From positions 41,102 through 105,101 of IMG/VR virus record IMGVR_UViG_3300012348_000111: a stretch of DNA of 64,000 nucleotides; one strand, given 5' to 3'. Of this stretch, positions 38,279 through 48,842 are shown piece by piece (the stretch's first letter is position 1; the number at the start of each line of letters is the position of its first letter). This DNA comes from a virus. The notes beneath the pieces were generated by a model. That model did no database searches and was not told where the DNA came from. It saw nothing but the letters and a program-made list of their open reading frames with translations. The position numbers and the translations under genes were made by a program.

Positions 38279-38995
38279 TTATTCAGAATTTTTAGTTAAA
38301 CGATCATCTGCGTAAACAGATTGAGATTGATTGTCATTTGCTTGTGCGGCAAACTTAACAGCTAGATCAACAATGTCATCTTTAGAGTACTCTGGTAGTT
38401 CACAATCATTATTAGTAGAAGAAGTACCATCAAACTTTGTATAACCTTGGATGTCTATTTTTTGCGGATAGCGAAGGTAGTTGATGAAAACTTTATCTAT
38501 CTGAAATGTGTCGTCGGTATATACTGTTAATTCATCATTCCCTAACGTTACTAACGTGGTTCTCCATTCAAAAGAGGGGGAAAAGTTAACATCTAGATAC
38601 CTAGTAGTTAAATCACCAGACTTAACTAAATCATTTGTTAAAATTGCTTCGCAGTTATTTTTGTTTGCTACAGTATATGAACTAATATAGAACATATAAT
38701 CTTTAGCATCTGACAGAGAGCAACTATATCCTTTACGTAACAGATCGTTTGTTTTTACGGGTTTAAGCTCAATATCACCTACTTTAAGTATCTGAACATC
38801 ATCTATTCTTTTACGGATAGATTCAAATCCAGATCTATAAATATTATTTGGGTTAATTTTTGTTTTAACCCAAGACATCTGAGCTTTATTTAAATAGACA
38901 ATGATATCTTCGATAGGAACGTTTACATTGTCCTGTCTATTAACTTTATTTAAAGCTAACTTAAATTCGTAAACTAATTCTTCTACTGATATCAT
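38279..38995 (-). CDS. Ring/head-tail adaptor protein
   Basis: LNKAQ, GFESIRKRIDD, YLRYP and CELPE...IVDLAV motifs typical of crAss ring proteins. Confidence 0.75.
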   Translation of the reverse strand: MISVEELVYEFKLALNKVNRQDNVNVPIEDIIVYLNKAQMSWVKTKINPNNIYRSGFESIRKRIDDVQILKVGDIELKPVKTNDLLRKGYSCSLSDAKDYMFYISSYTVANKNNCEAILTNDLVKSGDLTTRYLDVNFSPSFEWRTTLVTLGNDELTVYTDDTFQIDKVFINYLRYPQKIDIQGYTKFDGTSSTNNDCELPEYSKDDIVDLAVKFAAQANDNQSQSVYADDRLTKNSE

Positions 38996-39014
38996 TGTCT
39001 ATTATTATTTAGTC

Positions 39015-39956
39015 TTAAAGACTATTCATTCTATACTTGTTAATTAACTTTTCTTTGAAGGCTTCGTATTCTTCTGTATGTTTTGGATCAGCCAAGAATA
39101 ATTCAAATTCTTCAATTGATTTAGACCATACAAATTCTCCTTCATATACAATACCACTTTTAACTCTCACTACGTTTTCACTAACAAGGTCTTTAACCAA
39201 AGCTTTAACGTCTAACAAGTCATCTGAGTAAGCTGTAATTGTATTAAACTTCTCAATAGGATCATAACCTAGTCCTGAAGTAGAAGTACGCAAGAACTCA
39301 TCAATTGCATTATATACTTCTTCTTCTGTAGCTAAGTTAGATAATCCCAAACCGATAAGTTTTTGGATTTTCTTACGTTTCAAAGAACTAATAGTATCAA
39401 GAGTAGCAATTGCACTATTGATGCGTTTCTTACGTTCAAAAGTAGATTTAGTTTCAATTTCTCCATCGTAAACATAAAATCTTACAATGTTAGTATCAAC
39501 TCTCTTACTTTCTACTTCATCTAGAGATTTTGCAATCATTTCGGTTTCCATCAACCAGTAATAGTTTACTGCGTCTCTTGGATTATCCATATTGAAAAGA
39601 TTATCTGTATCTTCTAGATTGTATCCATTTTCTTTTATTTCATCATAGAACGTACTGTTTGGTTCTAAAGATTCGTCAAGGATTGATTCGTAATAAAGTC
39701 TTAAACTTTTTACTCTTTCGAATTCTTGATCTCTAGCAGTAGAACTTTCGATTGCTCTAATTCTAATAGAGTTTTCATCAAGTCCAGTTCTAATTACACC
39801 ACGTGAATCAACACGAGGGAAAAATTTCTTAATTGTTCCAGGTACAAAATTGTAACCTTCTTTGTACAACGACCCTTCTAATGTTCTCATATTAGAGGGT
39901 TCTCTTCTGATTGGGCGAATTACTTTTACGCCTTTTGATTGATTGGTTTCTGACAT
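39015..39956 (-). CDS. Conserved crAss-like protein downstream of the major capsid gene
   Basis: Likely true start is ATG 39956 (MSETNQ); the track used an upstream TTG. TGLDEN motif; synteny. Confidence 0.7.
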   Translation of the reverse strand: MSETNQSKGVKVIRPIRREPSNMRTLEGSLYKEGYNFVPGTIKKFFPRVDSRGVIRTGLDENSIRIRAIESSTARDQEFERVKSLRLYYESILDESLEPNSTFYDEIKENGYNLEDTDNLFNMDNPRDAVNYYWLMETEMIAKSLDEVESKRVDTNIVRFYVYDGEIETKSTFERKKRINSAIATLDTISSLKRKKIQKLIGLGLSNLATEEEVYNAIDEFLRTSTSGLGYDPIEKFNTITAYSDDLLDVKALVKDLVSENVVRVKSGIVYEGEFVWSKSIEEFELFLADPKHTEEYEAFKEKLINKYRMNSL

Positions 39957-40029
39957 ATTTGTTGGTTTATTTTTTAAAGCCAATTGGGAGGGCTTTTATA
40001 CCCTCCCTTTTTGACCTAGATTTTATTTA

Positions 40030-41559
40030 TTAGAGACGTGGGAATTCTTTGATGATCACTGTTTTGGTAGGATCTTCCAAGAAAATACCACAGAAGTCTT
40101 TCATGATGTAAGTAGAGTAAGGATCTTTACTTGCTACTACAGTCTGTGATTGACCGAATCCAGTAGTACCAGGGATATAGTGATACTGCATGTTAGGACG
40201 AGTAGACAATTTTACCTCACGGATACCAGCACCTTCTTGACCAGATACATCCAAGATAATGAAAATTGGAGGAGTCTTCTTGTTAGGACCTAATTCCAAG
40301 AAAGTAGCATGCATGTTCAATTGTTCTAGTTCTACGAACTCAACTGGACCAGTTTCTACAGTCATGAAGTGATCGAATTGGAAAGCATAACCTTGCTTCA
40401 AGCGATCTTTACCATCCAAGAATTTCTCAGCGTCAACCATAAAGTTTTGACCATTGAAGTCTTTGCGAATAGCAGTAGATGCCAATTCCATACCTGAACG
40501 GTTAGTGTAAATTTTAACACGACGATCAGCCAATTTAACACGGTTATAGAACAAGTCTCCGATAGCTGCACGAATCAAGTTCAAAGAGAATTGACCTTTA
40601 TCGTAGTAGATAACGTTACCTAAGTGAAGTTGTTGCCACAAACCAGCTTTTAAACGGGTAGGACGACCTTTTTCATCTACGGTGTTACCTTGACGACCCC
40701 ACATCAACATGTTTGCTTTCATACGCATCATTTCCATACGTAACAAACGAGATACTGTAGGTTCCCAACCAACGATCTTAGTTTTTTCAGCAGTAGCGTT
40801 AGGATCAGTTACAGAGTAGTAGGTGATATCCATAGGATTACCAGTAGCATCTGTAGGCATACCAAGTTTGGTTGCATCAGCCCAGTCAGTAAGAGTGTGC
40901 TCTACACCATATTGGTTAAGAACATCAGCCATAACTTCCAAGTTACCATCAAACAAACCAAGTCCAGAGAATGAAGTGGTGTACTCACCCAATACGTTAC
41001 CAATTTTGAAGTATTCAGTACCTACTGTCAAGAAACGAGCAGGAACAGCATCAGCAGCAGTTGCACCAGCAGCACGACATTTAAATTTGTAACCATTTTG
41101 ATGACGCTCACCTTCAGATACGATTTGAACCTGAACTTCTTGCTCATAACGATGTGCAGTGATGATATCGTTTACAGCAAATGCATTCTTATCGAATACC
41201 AATTCAAATTCAGCTCCATCAGCACCTTTAGCTGAATCGCTAGCACCAAAGCCTACAATAACTTTAGGAAGTTCTGCACGCTTCTTAATTTTGTAGGTAA
41301 AGATACCATTAGGATCATTTACCATGAAGGGTTTCTCAGACTTCATTACTGTATCCAACAAATCGTTAGAATACAATTGAGTGTCTGTGAAAAGACGCAA
41401 CATCATTTTGTCATACTGATCAGGCTTTGTACGCAACATAGTTTCTACAAAGTTCTTTTCAGTGAATTTACCCAAGGCGTTCTTACTATAGAACGAGCTA
41501 GTCATGTGGGCATTGGCTATCACACGACCATTAACTCTTGGAATGTTTTGATTAGGCAT
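40030..41559 (-). CDS. Major capsid protein
   Basis: 509 aa; LMWG...AGLWQQL and GIFLEDPTK motifs; biased codon usage; position after portal and scaffold. Confidence 0.9.
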   Translation of the reverse strand: MPNQNIPRVNGRVIANAHMTSSFYSKNALGKFTEKNFVETMLRTKPDQYDKMMLRLFTDTQLYSNDLLDTVMKSEKPFMVNDPNGIFTYKIKKRAELPKVIVGFGASDSAKGADGAEFELVFDKNAFAVNDIITAHRYEQEVQVQIVSEGERHQNGYKFKCRAAGATAADAVPARFLTVGTEYFKIGNVLGEYTTSFSGLGLFDGNLEVMADVLNQYGVEHTLTDWADATKLGMPTDATGNPMDITYYSVTDPNATAEKTKIVGWEPTVSRLLRMEMMRMKANMLMWGRQGNTVDEKGRPTRLKAGLWQQLHLGNVIYYDKGQFSLNLIRAAIGDLFYNRVKLADRRVKIYTNRSGMELASTAIRKDFNGQNFMVDAEKFLDGKDRLKQGYAFQFDHFMTVETGPVEFVELEQLNMHATFLELGPNKKTPPIFIILDVSGQEGAGIREVKLSTRPNMQYHYIPGTTGFGQSQTVVASKDPYSTYIMKDFCGIFLEDPTKTVIIKEFPRL

Positions 41560-41586
41560 AATTATTTATGTGTATTAGTGTTTGTG

Positions 41587-42750
41587 TTATCTAAAATATT
41601 TTGCAAATAAATCATCTTGTTTACCTGATTTACTTGATGTTTTTGTTTTTGTTTTTAGACCTTTGAAAATTGTATTTGTTTCTTCACTTACTGCTTTCTT
41701 TTTAACAGGACTTAGATCCAAATCTTTTTGAACTAATCTTGCTACAGCTAAAAACTTTTTAGGGTCTTCTTGACGCATTGTAGCTAGACGATATTCAAAA
41801 TCAGATATTCTTTGACCGTTAGGAAGAACGTGTGGTTTATCTAAAACAAAAGAAAATAGTTCTTCAGCATCGGAGTTATTAATAGGATATCCTTGAATAT
41901 CTCCAGCCTTTACTGATTCTTCTAACGTTTTAGCATAAAGTTCTTCTCTTTCTTGCTCACGTTTTTGAATATCTTGCATTCTTACTTCTGCTTCTTGAGC
42001 TAAACGTAGACGTTCTTCTTGCATTTTTTCTACCAATTTACCTTGATATTTTCCTGCATAAGCTTCTAGTCTTCCGTTATCTCTAGCATAAGCTAACTGA
42101 TCCTCGATTTCATCATCGTCCATTCCAGTCTTTGCTAAGTAAAGTCTAAAGATTCTTTCCTGATTTATTTCTTCAGAAAGATCTACATTCTCTACTGTTT
42201 GTTCATTACTGAACATTTGCAAATACTGAGGAACTGGAACCTTATTAATAAAGATGTCTTCGATTAACTTTACTCCAGCTTCACCGTATGTTTCCATTGC
42301 TAATTCTTCCATCTTAGCCCACATACGATTGTCTACAGTTTTTTCCATCACGTTAATGAATGATTTTTCATTCCATTCTTCAACTTGATTATCTTCATCT
42401 TCAAGATCTAGAATTCCTGCTTGAGCAAGACCCTTTGCAAATACTTCGAAGGTGTTGTCTGATTCATCATCATCATCATCATCTGATGTAGTATCTTCTT
42501 CCTCTTCTTCTTCTTCCTCTTCTTTAGGAGTTGGAGGTGTTGGTGTTATTTCTTTCTTAGGTAGAGGTAAATCATCTTCAGAATCATCTGAATCAGTATC
42601 CTCTAAAGGATCAAAATCTTCACCGTTTAAAATATCTGGTTTGATATTTTCGTTAGGGTCTGGAGTAAGTCCATCTGAATCATCCAGAGGATCGTTATCC
42701 ATAAAACTTTCAAAGAACTCTAAACTTTCGAGTTTGTTATCGGTACTCAT
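41587..42750 (-). CDS. Acidic scaffold-like protein
   Basis: Very acidic low-complexity N-terminus plus coiled coil; lies between portal and capsid genes. Confidence 0.7.
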   Translation of the reverse strand: MSTDNKLESLEFFESFMDNDPLDDSDGLTPDPNENIKPDILNGEDFDPLEDTDSDDSEDDLPLPKKEITPTPPTPKEEEEEEEEEDTTSDDDDDDESDNTFEVFAKGLAQAGILDLEDEDNQVEEWNEKSFINVMEKTVDNRMWAKMEELAMETYGEAGVKLIEDIFINKVPVPQYLQMFSNEQTVENVDLSEEINQERIFRLYLAKTGMDDDEIEDQLAYARDNGRLEAYAGKYQGKLVEKMQEERLRLAQEAEVRMQDIQKREQEREELYAKTLEESVKAGDIQGYPINNSDAEELFSFVLDKPHVLPNGQRISDFEYRLATMRQEDPKKFLAVARLVQKDLDLSPVKKKAVSEETNTIFKGLKTKTKTSSKSGKQDDLFAKYFR

Positions 42751-42772
42751 AATGGTTGGTTTTAGTTTAATT

Positions 42773-42802
42773 CAAAAATAGTATTTTAAAAAAATAACAC
42801 AA
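42773..42802 (-). promoter_or_regulatory. Bacteroidota-type -33/-7 promoter
   Basis: TTG-N19-TATTTTTG upstream of the scaffold/capsid operon. Confidence 0.7.
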
Positions 42803-42834
42803 GATGTTAATAATTTCGGGTAGTACTATAGCTA

Positions 42835-45288
42835 TTACTTCTTACCTTTAGGTTTATCGTATTGATTTTTGTTAATAGTAGCTATCTTTAACTTATTATC
42901 AATATCCTTTTCCTTAAGTTGTAACTCTTTCTCTTTCAATGACATCTCTTTAGATTTTACTGCTTTTTCAAAGTTTTGCTTAGAAATATCTTGAGAAAGT
43001 TTAGTTTGTTTAATAAGAAGATCTGTGGTATCTACTGTAGGACTGAATGAACCCTCATTAGCAATACCTCTTAGTTTTTCTACCTCTAATCGGTTTTGTC
43101 TATCTAGTTCTTTATTCATGTCTTCTCTTTGAGCATCTTCCATTCTACGCTGTTCTTCAACCTGCAACTTCATTTGGAATTGTTCTTGTTGTTGCTGCAT
43201 TTGCTGTTGTTGCATAGCGTTTTGTTGATCAAGGATAGCTTGCTTACGTTTTTGTACATCTTGAAGAGTTCTACGTAATGAACGTTCTGAATCAGCAGTA
43301 AACAAATCTAACATCTCAGAAAGTTCTGCTCCATTCTGCATAGCAGGTTGAGCTAACTGTTTAAGTTGTTCAAGAGTTTGTTTATCTTCAGCATAAGAAG
43401 TTACAAATACAAATAGTTCGTGAAGAAGTTCGTTATTATTGATTCTTAAGAAAACATTCTCTAAATCTGTATTTAAGTAGTTTAGAGTAGATGTAGGTTT
43501 TTGTAATTCTACATATTGAGAAATTTCAAGTATAGTTTGGTACACATCTCTTAATACTGAATCGTGGAAAGCAAACCAGTTTTCTGTTTGAGCAAATGAT
43601 TGTTGTAAAGCATTGTTGTTTACAGTTGCTGCTTCAGATGCTTGTGCTGATCCCAAACGTTGTGGAGTAATACCAATAAGTTGATAAGCTTCTACTCTTA
43701 ATTGTTGTGCTAATTGAATACGTACTTGGATTTCAGCAGAACGAGTTAAATCTAAACGAGAGAACTGATTAAATTGTACTGCTCCTCCTGTATTTTCAAT
43801 AGAAGTATCGATAAGCAATGTGCCTCTATTCTTTGCGTTCCAAAGCATTGTTTCAATTGGATCTTGAGAATCTTTACGAGGAACTACTTTCATGTCTCCC
43901 AAGAACACTACACCTATTTCTTTTTCAAGAAGTTCCCATAACTGATTCATACAGATATTATAAAGAACTTGATAAGGTTTAATAAGATCTAGAAGTGATT
44001 TACCTTGAGTGTTTCTAGAAGTATTGATAATACCTACAATAGGTGCTCTATCGATAAACTCCAAAGGTTCTACATCAATATAAATATCTGCTCCAATCTT
44101 TACTCCTTTCCACCACTCATTAATCCAAAGTTCTTCTAATGAGATATCGCCAGCTTCTTTGTCAAAACCATAATCTTCAGACACAAACATTTCTTGTTGG
44201 TATCCTTCTTCATCCATGTATGTACGTTTGAAGATTTTCTTTTTTGATTGCCAGTAAGAAGTAACAACAGTAAATGCGTGTTGAGAGTTAAATGAGAATA
44301 CGTTAGTATCTATACCACCATTAGCAAAGTCACCTACGTTTTCAAAAGTAAGTTGCCATAATGGATCTTGAGGATCTGGAAGAGCTGGAGCTAATGGAGA
44401 GTATTCGTTATTACGTAAGTTTTGTAAAGCCCTTTCATTTAAGTGTTCTACTTCTTCTCCTGTTAGAGTATAACGATCAATAATTTCACTCATTGAAAGT
44501 ACTTCGATAGTTCCTAGTGCCCAACAATCATCTGTTGTTTGAGCATTACGATTTGCCAAATACCACACGTTAGATGGGTTCTCTACTTTATAGTTAAAAC
44601 CGATACGTGAGTTGTCTGGATAGAAGTGGTGAAACTCTTTACCTGTAATTAGAAAGTCTAAGAAAGCTTGTTGAGATTTATCTTTAAAATTAAAAGTATA
44701 TTTTAAAGCTGTTAGAAGCTTATTACCCCATTCTTCAGCAGTAGATGTGTAGTCAAGAATTTGGTTTTGAACTTGTTGTTCCATTTGCATTCTTTGCTCT
44801 GGATCTATCTCTTGACCTTCTAGTGAAGCATATAGATTTTGAAGAAAGAAATCTTTAATAAGATTTGTTCTATAATCTATAGTTTCGTTAATTGCTTCAT
44901 CGTCTATAGCTTTAACTTTATATTTATGGGGTCTATTGTTTAGTTCTCCTTTTAATTGATTAATAGGAGGAGTTACAATAGAATAGTGTTTTAAGTGTTG
45001 TGGAATTTCAGGATCTTGTTCAGGTACATCTGACAAGTACTGAACCATTTCTTGAATCTCTGCAGAATTGTTATAGTCTTCAAAGTTAAATTCACCATTG
45101 AACAATCTGTAGTTTTTACGAAATGTTACATTTTGTTTGTATTGAGCAAAAGCAATATTTGCAAAATAATCAAGGGTAGATTTAATCCAATGTTCAGTTT
45201 CTTTCTCTTTCTTAGAAATAAATTGTTTTGGATAGAAGTACGCGTGATTTACTGGATCAGTGTACTCTTTTAATGCTTCAATTATCAT
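42835..45288 (-). CDS. Portal protein
   Basis: 817 aa; INQLKGE, WINEWWKG, KPYQVLYN and GITPQRLG motifs; Q-rich C-terminal coil. Confidence 0.9.
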   Translation of the reverse strand: MIIEALKEYTDPVNHAYFYPKQFISKKEKETEHWIKSTLDYFANIAFAQYKQNVTFRKNYRLFNGEFNFEDYNNSAEIQEMVQYLSDVPEQDPEIPQHLKHYSIVTPPINQLKGELNNRPHKYKVKAIDDEAINETIDYRTNLIKDFFLQNLYASLEGQEIDPEQRMQMEQQVQNQILDYTSTAEEWGNKLLTALKYTFNFKDKSQQAFLDFLITGKEFHHFYPDNSRIGFNYKVENPSNVWYLANRNAQTTDDCWALGTIEVLSMSEIIDRYTLTGEEVEHLNERALQNLRNNEYSPLAPALPDPQDPLWQLTFENVGDFANGGIDTNVFSFNSQHAFTVVTSYWQSKKKIFKRTYMDEEGYQQEMFVSEDYGFDKEAGDISLEELWINEWWKGVKIGADIYIDVEPLEFIDRAPIVGIINTSRNTQGKSLLDLIKPYQVLYNICMNQLWELLEKEIGVVFLGDMKVVPRKDSQDPIETMLWNAKNRGTLLIDTSIENTGGAVQFNQFSRLDLTRSAEIQVRIQLAQQLRVEAYQLIGITPQRLGSAQASEAATVNNNALQQSFAQTENWFAFHDSVLRDVYQTILEISQYVELQKPTSTLNYLNTDLENVFLRINNNELLHELFVFVTSYAEDKQTLEQLKQLAQPAMQNGAELSEMLDLFTADSERSLRRTLQDVQKRKQAILDQQNAMQQQQMQQQQEQFQMKLQVEEQRRMEDAQREDMNKELDRQNRLEVEKLRGIANEGSFSPTVDTTDLLIKQTKLSQDISKQNFEKAVKSKEMSLKEKELQLKEKDIDNKLKIATINKNQYDKPKGKK

Positions 45289-45299
45289 TTGTGTGTTGT

Positions 45300-47306
45300 T
45301 TAAAGTCTAAATGGGGAACGTGTTTGTCTAAAAAGAGATGGTTTTTTTGTAGATCTAAAATACTCTTTCATACGAGTATCATCATCATTGTTTCTAATTA
45401 CTACTTGAGTATTTAGTGATTTTGCCATAGCAAGTGTTAAGCCGAAAGAAACTACTCGGTCAACGTTAAGTTTAGGGGTAAATTTAATAAGTTCTTTAAG
45501 TAAGAGTGGGTCTAATATTCTAGACACACCTAATCTTTCTCTTGTTGTATTTCCTTGTTCGTCTCTTTCTATATCAATTACTTCTGTTAGATATTCTATG
45601 ATTAAGGAAAGGATATAGTTTTTTATATCTTTAGTCATGTGTATTCCATAATCACGATTAACAGTAGAGTTAGGATGTATATCGTTAAGAAAAGTAGGTG
45701 TTCTTTCGAGAAGTCTTTGTCCTTCATTTTTATCTACGCAATGCTGTATAAAACCATAGTCCATGTTTTCGACTAATGATTTAGCGTTATAGTATTTAAG
45801 TAATAGTTTGGTTGTTTCATACCAGGTATCTATCTTTTTAGGACGACCCGTATAAGAAGCTACTACTATGTTTTGCCAACCTTCACCAGCTAATCCGTGT
45901 ACTCTTTTGTATATGTAGGTTGAACCTAAAGATGTAGAGTAATGAGCTTGAGATTGTTTGTATGGGTCAGTTCCAGCTGTGTAAAGACCATAGGGTGCGT
46001 CCATTAAAGGATATTCCCATATTTGAATACATCCTTCTAGATTATCTGAAGGTTTGGTTGGAAAGTTTTCTACAGGTTTTTTATCTGTAAATTTATGTCT
46101 CACTTTACCTTCAACATCTAAGTATAATTCTACGTTATCAGCTTTAATGTCTTGATTGATAAGTTTACTTAGTTGTTCTTGAAGTAAGTCTACTGGAAAA
46201 ATGTTTTGAGATAATTCTAAGAAACACTCTTCATGTGTTAGAGGATAATACATTACCTCTTTAAGGTAAGCCTCTAGACCACTAGATTTCTTTGTTTGTT
46301 CTCTAGTCTTTAGGATCTGTTCTTTACCTTTTTCTTCATCTGCTATCCAAATAGTTATATTGTCTAATTCAGATGCTTCTTTTACTTCTAAATGTAATCC
46401 TAATGGTACTGGGGTTTTAGGTACTTTAAGAGATTTTGTTCCTGGTACAAACAAACCATATGACTTTCCTGTTTCATTTGTTTCAACTGAAAGAAAGTTA
46501 TAAGCTTCTGGATTATTGAAGAGTTCTTCAAGATCTCCTGCTTTAGTCATGTCTCCAGAAGTTCCAATAACAATAGGAGAACAACGCCATCCATAAGGTG
46601 AGTCAAAACAAGGAATGGTCGCAGCAAGACAAGCTAACATATCTCCTTTACCTGCTTCTTCTAACATAAAAGAAGAAAGTGTAAGACCTGCTGCTGCTTC
46701 CGTATTGTTTCCTTCATTGAAGTTTCTTACGTGAATCTTTGACCATTCATGTCTTTGGTTGGTTTTTTTGTCTTTATATCCAAGAGTTACTTGTCTTTTC
46801 CAATCGTCTTCTATACGAGGAAATCTAAAATACTCTGGTAAGTTTCTAAGAGTTAAATCTACGGCTTGAGTAGTATTGTTTAAGTCAGGTTGATTTAGAG
46901 CTGAGATAAGGTGATCTCCACCTTTAAGAGTAATTGCTTTATGTGCAATATAAGACGATGTGAGCATAGTCTTTGAAATACGACGACTACCTACAATAAC
47001 AACACCTTTCTTTCCATCTTCATGTGTTTCTGCTCTTGTGATAGCATTATCGATTTCAAAGTAAGTATCCCATAGCTGAGGTCTACCTAATTGACGAACT
47101 ACTCTTTTACCTTGTTGTATATCTAAGTAAAGAGAAGCATAGTTTAAATGCCAATAAATAAAAGGAGAAAAATAAAAACCATTGATTGTTATACCTTCAG
47201 TAATTTTTTTATCTTCATTTTCCCAAAATGCAGTATACTCCCTTGATTCTGGATCAGGGATTGATTTAACATTTATTAGAAATTCCGAACTATTAAAATT
47301 ACTCAT
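45300..47306 (-). CDS. terL: Terminase large subunit
   Basis: GSRRISKT Walker A, MLEEAGK Walker B, AGTDPY nuclease motif, NVDRV. Confidence 0.92.
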   Translation of the reverse strand: MSNFNSSEFLINVKSIPDPESREYTAFWENEDKKITEGITINGFYFSPFIYWHLNYASLYLDIQQGKRVVRQLGRPQLWDTYFEIDNAITRAETHEDGKKGVVIVGSRRISKTMLTSSYIAHKAITLKGGDHLISALNQPDLNNTTQAVDLTLRNLPEYFRFPRIEDDWKRQVTLGYKDKKTNQRHEWSKIHVRNFNEGNNTEAAAGLTLSSFMLEEAGKGDMLACLAATIPCFDSPYGWRCSPIVIGTSGDMTKAGDLEELFNNPEAYNFLSVETNETGKSYGLFVPGTKSLKVPKTPVPLGLHLEVKEASELDNITIWIADEEKGKEQILKTREQTKKSSGLEAYLKEVMYYPLTHEECFLELSQNIFPVDLLQEQLSKLINQDIKADNVELYLDVEGKVRHKFTDKKPVENFPTKPSDNLEGCIQIWEYPLMDAPYGLYTAGTDPYKQSQAHYSTSLGSTYIYKRVHGLAGEGWQNIVVASYTGRPKKIDTWYETTKLLLKYYNAKSLVENMDYGFIQHCVDKNEGQRLLERTPTFLNDIHPNSTVNRDYGIHMTKDIKNYILSLIIEYLTEVIDIERDEQGNTTRERLGVSRILDPLLLKELIKFTPKLNVDRVVSFGLTLAMAKSLNTQVVIRNNDDDTRMKEYFRSTKKPSLFRQTRSPFRL

Positions 47307-47311
47307 TAGTA

Positions 47312-47629
47312 TTATTCAAATCGTTTCATTTTACCATTTATCTCTTGAGAGCCTCTAGCTTCAGCTTTCTGCTCTTCTTTTTCTCTTAGCTTATCTACCA
47401 CTTCAAGTAAGGCAAGATATTCCTTCATAGTGTCTCTAAGAGACTTAATTTGAGATTCTATAGAAGCAATTACCATAGGCATGGTTCCACCTTTAGATGT
47501 TGGCTTCCATTCTATTCTGTCCTTTAGAGTATTGATGGGGTTAGCATCAATATAATCTCTCCATTCTGTTAACTTAGATTCAGCCCAATCTAGTTCTGCA
47601 GATACGTATGTTTGTTTTTTAGTTGCCAT
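47312..47629 (-). CDS. Helical protein, candidate terminase small subunit
   Basis: Immediately upstream of terL; coiled coil ending ARG. Confidence 0.45.
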   Translation of the reverse strand: MATKKQTYVSAELDWAESKLTEWRDYIDANPINTLKDRIEWKPTSKGGTMPMVIASIESQIKSLRDTMKEYLALLEVVDKLREKEEQKAEARGSQEINGKMKRFE

Positions 47630-47828
47630 ACTTTTCTAAAAATTCTTCTAAGTCTAAATTGGATAAATCTTCAAGGACAGTAGTGTAGAAATCTTCTTGT
47701 TTACCTGTGTGATGATAAGCATAACCTGCTTTCCAAAATATCTTCCATGTTGCATAGAGTTTATCTTGAAGAGTTGGGTTTAGATTTAAAGGTTTCTTTT
47801 TTAATTGATTGGTTGGTTGGTTTTCCAT
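47619..47828 (-). CDS. Hypothetical protein
   Basis: 69-aa ORF overlapping the next gene. Confidence 0.65.
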   Translation of the reverse strand: MENQPTNQLKKKPLNLNPTLQDKLYATWKIFWKAGYAYHHTGKQEDFYTTVLEDLSNLDLEEFLEKYGN

Positions 47829-47838
47829 AGTACGCTAA

Positions 47839-47964
47839 TTAGGCAGCTTTTAATTTCATGTAAGGCATAATGTAGACTTCTACACCACACTTAGTTCCTT
47901 TTTTACCACCACATCCATTGGTGACATTGAAACGTTTAACTTTAGGTTTTAAATTATTTTTCAT
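47839..47964 (-). CDS. Small basic protein (41 aa)
   Basis: Hand translation MKNNLKPKVKRFNVTNGCGGKKGTKCGVEVYIMPYMKLKAA; fills the gap and overlaps the upstream stop. Confidence 0.55.
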   Translation of the reverse strand: MKNNLKPKVKRFNVTNGCGGKKGTKCGVEVYIMPYMKLKAA

Positions 47965-48331
47965 ATTTTGTCCATTTAAGGTCTTGTTGTTTATCAGGAT
48001 TTTTCTTATTCCAATATTCTATTCCGCAATTGGAATCGAGAGATGATACTTTGTACTGTATGACACATCCACATAGTGAACAATGAAATTCAGATCTGCT
48101 AGTCTCGTAGTTGTTACCTTTGAGGGATCTATATTCATCGGATACTTGTGCATTTCTGGAATTGTAGGGACAGTTGTTACATATGTCCATTCGCTCTGAG
48201 ATAACTCTTTGCTTGTCTTCAGATAAAAGTTTAAATTGGTTTGCGACATCATTCTTTACTCCTTCTAATACTTTATCTATATTTTTCAACCCATTCTTCG
48301 TGAGTTGTAGATATTCTTTGAATTGATTCAT
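47954..48331 (-). CDS. Zinc-binding protein
   Basis: RMDICNNCP...CSLCGC...K...C pattern. Confidence 0.7.
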   Translation of the reverse strand: MNQFKEYLQLTKNGLKNIDKVLEGVKNDVANQFKLLSEDKQRVISERMDICNNCPYNSRNAQVSDEYRSLKGNNYETSRSEFHCSLCGCVIQYKVSSLDSNCGIEYWNKKNPDKQQDLKWTKYEK

Positions 48332-48842
48332 ATATTTCTTTGGTTTTTTGTGAAAGTAAAATATGTCTATTTATATTGTATTCGTATTGATCTTTCGATA
48401 TAGCTCCTTTACTGTTCATTTTATGTAAACGAATTATATATGTGTCTAGTGTTTTTACAATCTTATCATAACGATTTAAAATAAGATTATATACTCCAGT
48501 TAGTTTTTTTACTGACTCTTCGCCTGCAGCAACTCTATCTTTGAGTACATTGTAATATTCCATTATGGAAGTTATCTTTTCAATATAGACTCTAGTTGCA
48601 CTCATTCCTTTTTTAGGATTAAATCTAATTTTACCTAATCCTTTTAACATTGCTTGAATAGAATCTCCTTCCAATAGTTCTTTAACTGTATTTTTAATGT
48701 ACCAAGAATAGACTGAATCTATTTGGTCTATAGTTAAAGGTTGTTGAGTTGTTTTTGAAGCAGCCGCAACTTCAGAATATAAACCGTAAGATTTAAATTC
48801 TACACCTCTGTCTTTGTGGTTAGGAGTATCGTATTTAAACAT
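48273..48842 (-). CDS. Hypothetical protein with HU/IHF-like N-terminus
   Basis: LLEGDSIQAMLKGLGKIRF resembles the HU beta-hairpin. Confidence 0.5.
   Translation of the reverse strand: MFKYDTPNHKDRGVEFKSYGLYSEVAAASKTTQQPLTIDQIDSVYSWYIKNTVKELLEGDSIQAMLKGLGKIRFNPKKGMSATRVYIEKITSIMEYYNVLKDRVAAGEESVKKLTGVYNLILNRYDKIVKTLDTYIIRLHKMNSKGAISKDQYEYNINRHILLSQKTKEIYESIQRISTTHEEWVEKYR

Noticed and set aside
7256-48252. Same-strand out-of-frame ORFs (7256, 11726, 21144, 31544, 37364, 48019)
   Set aside because: Nested in well-supported genes with no independent signals.
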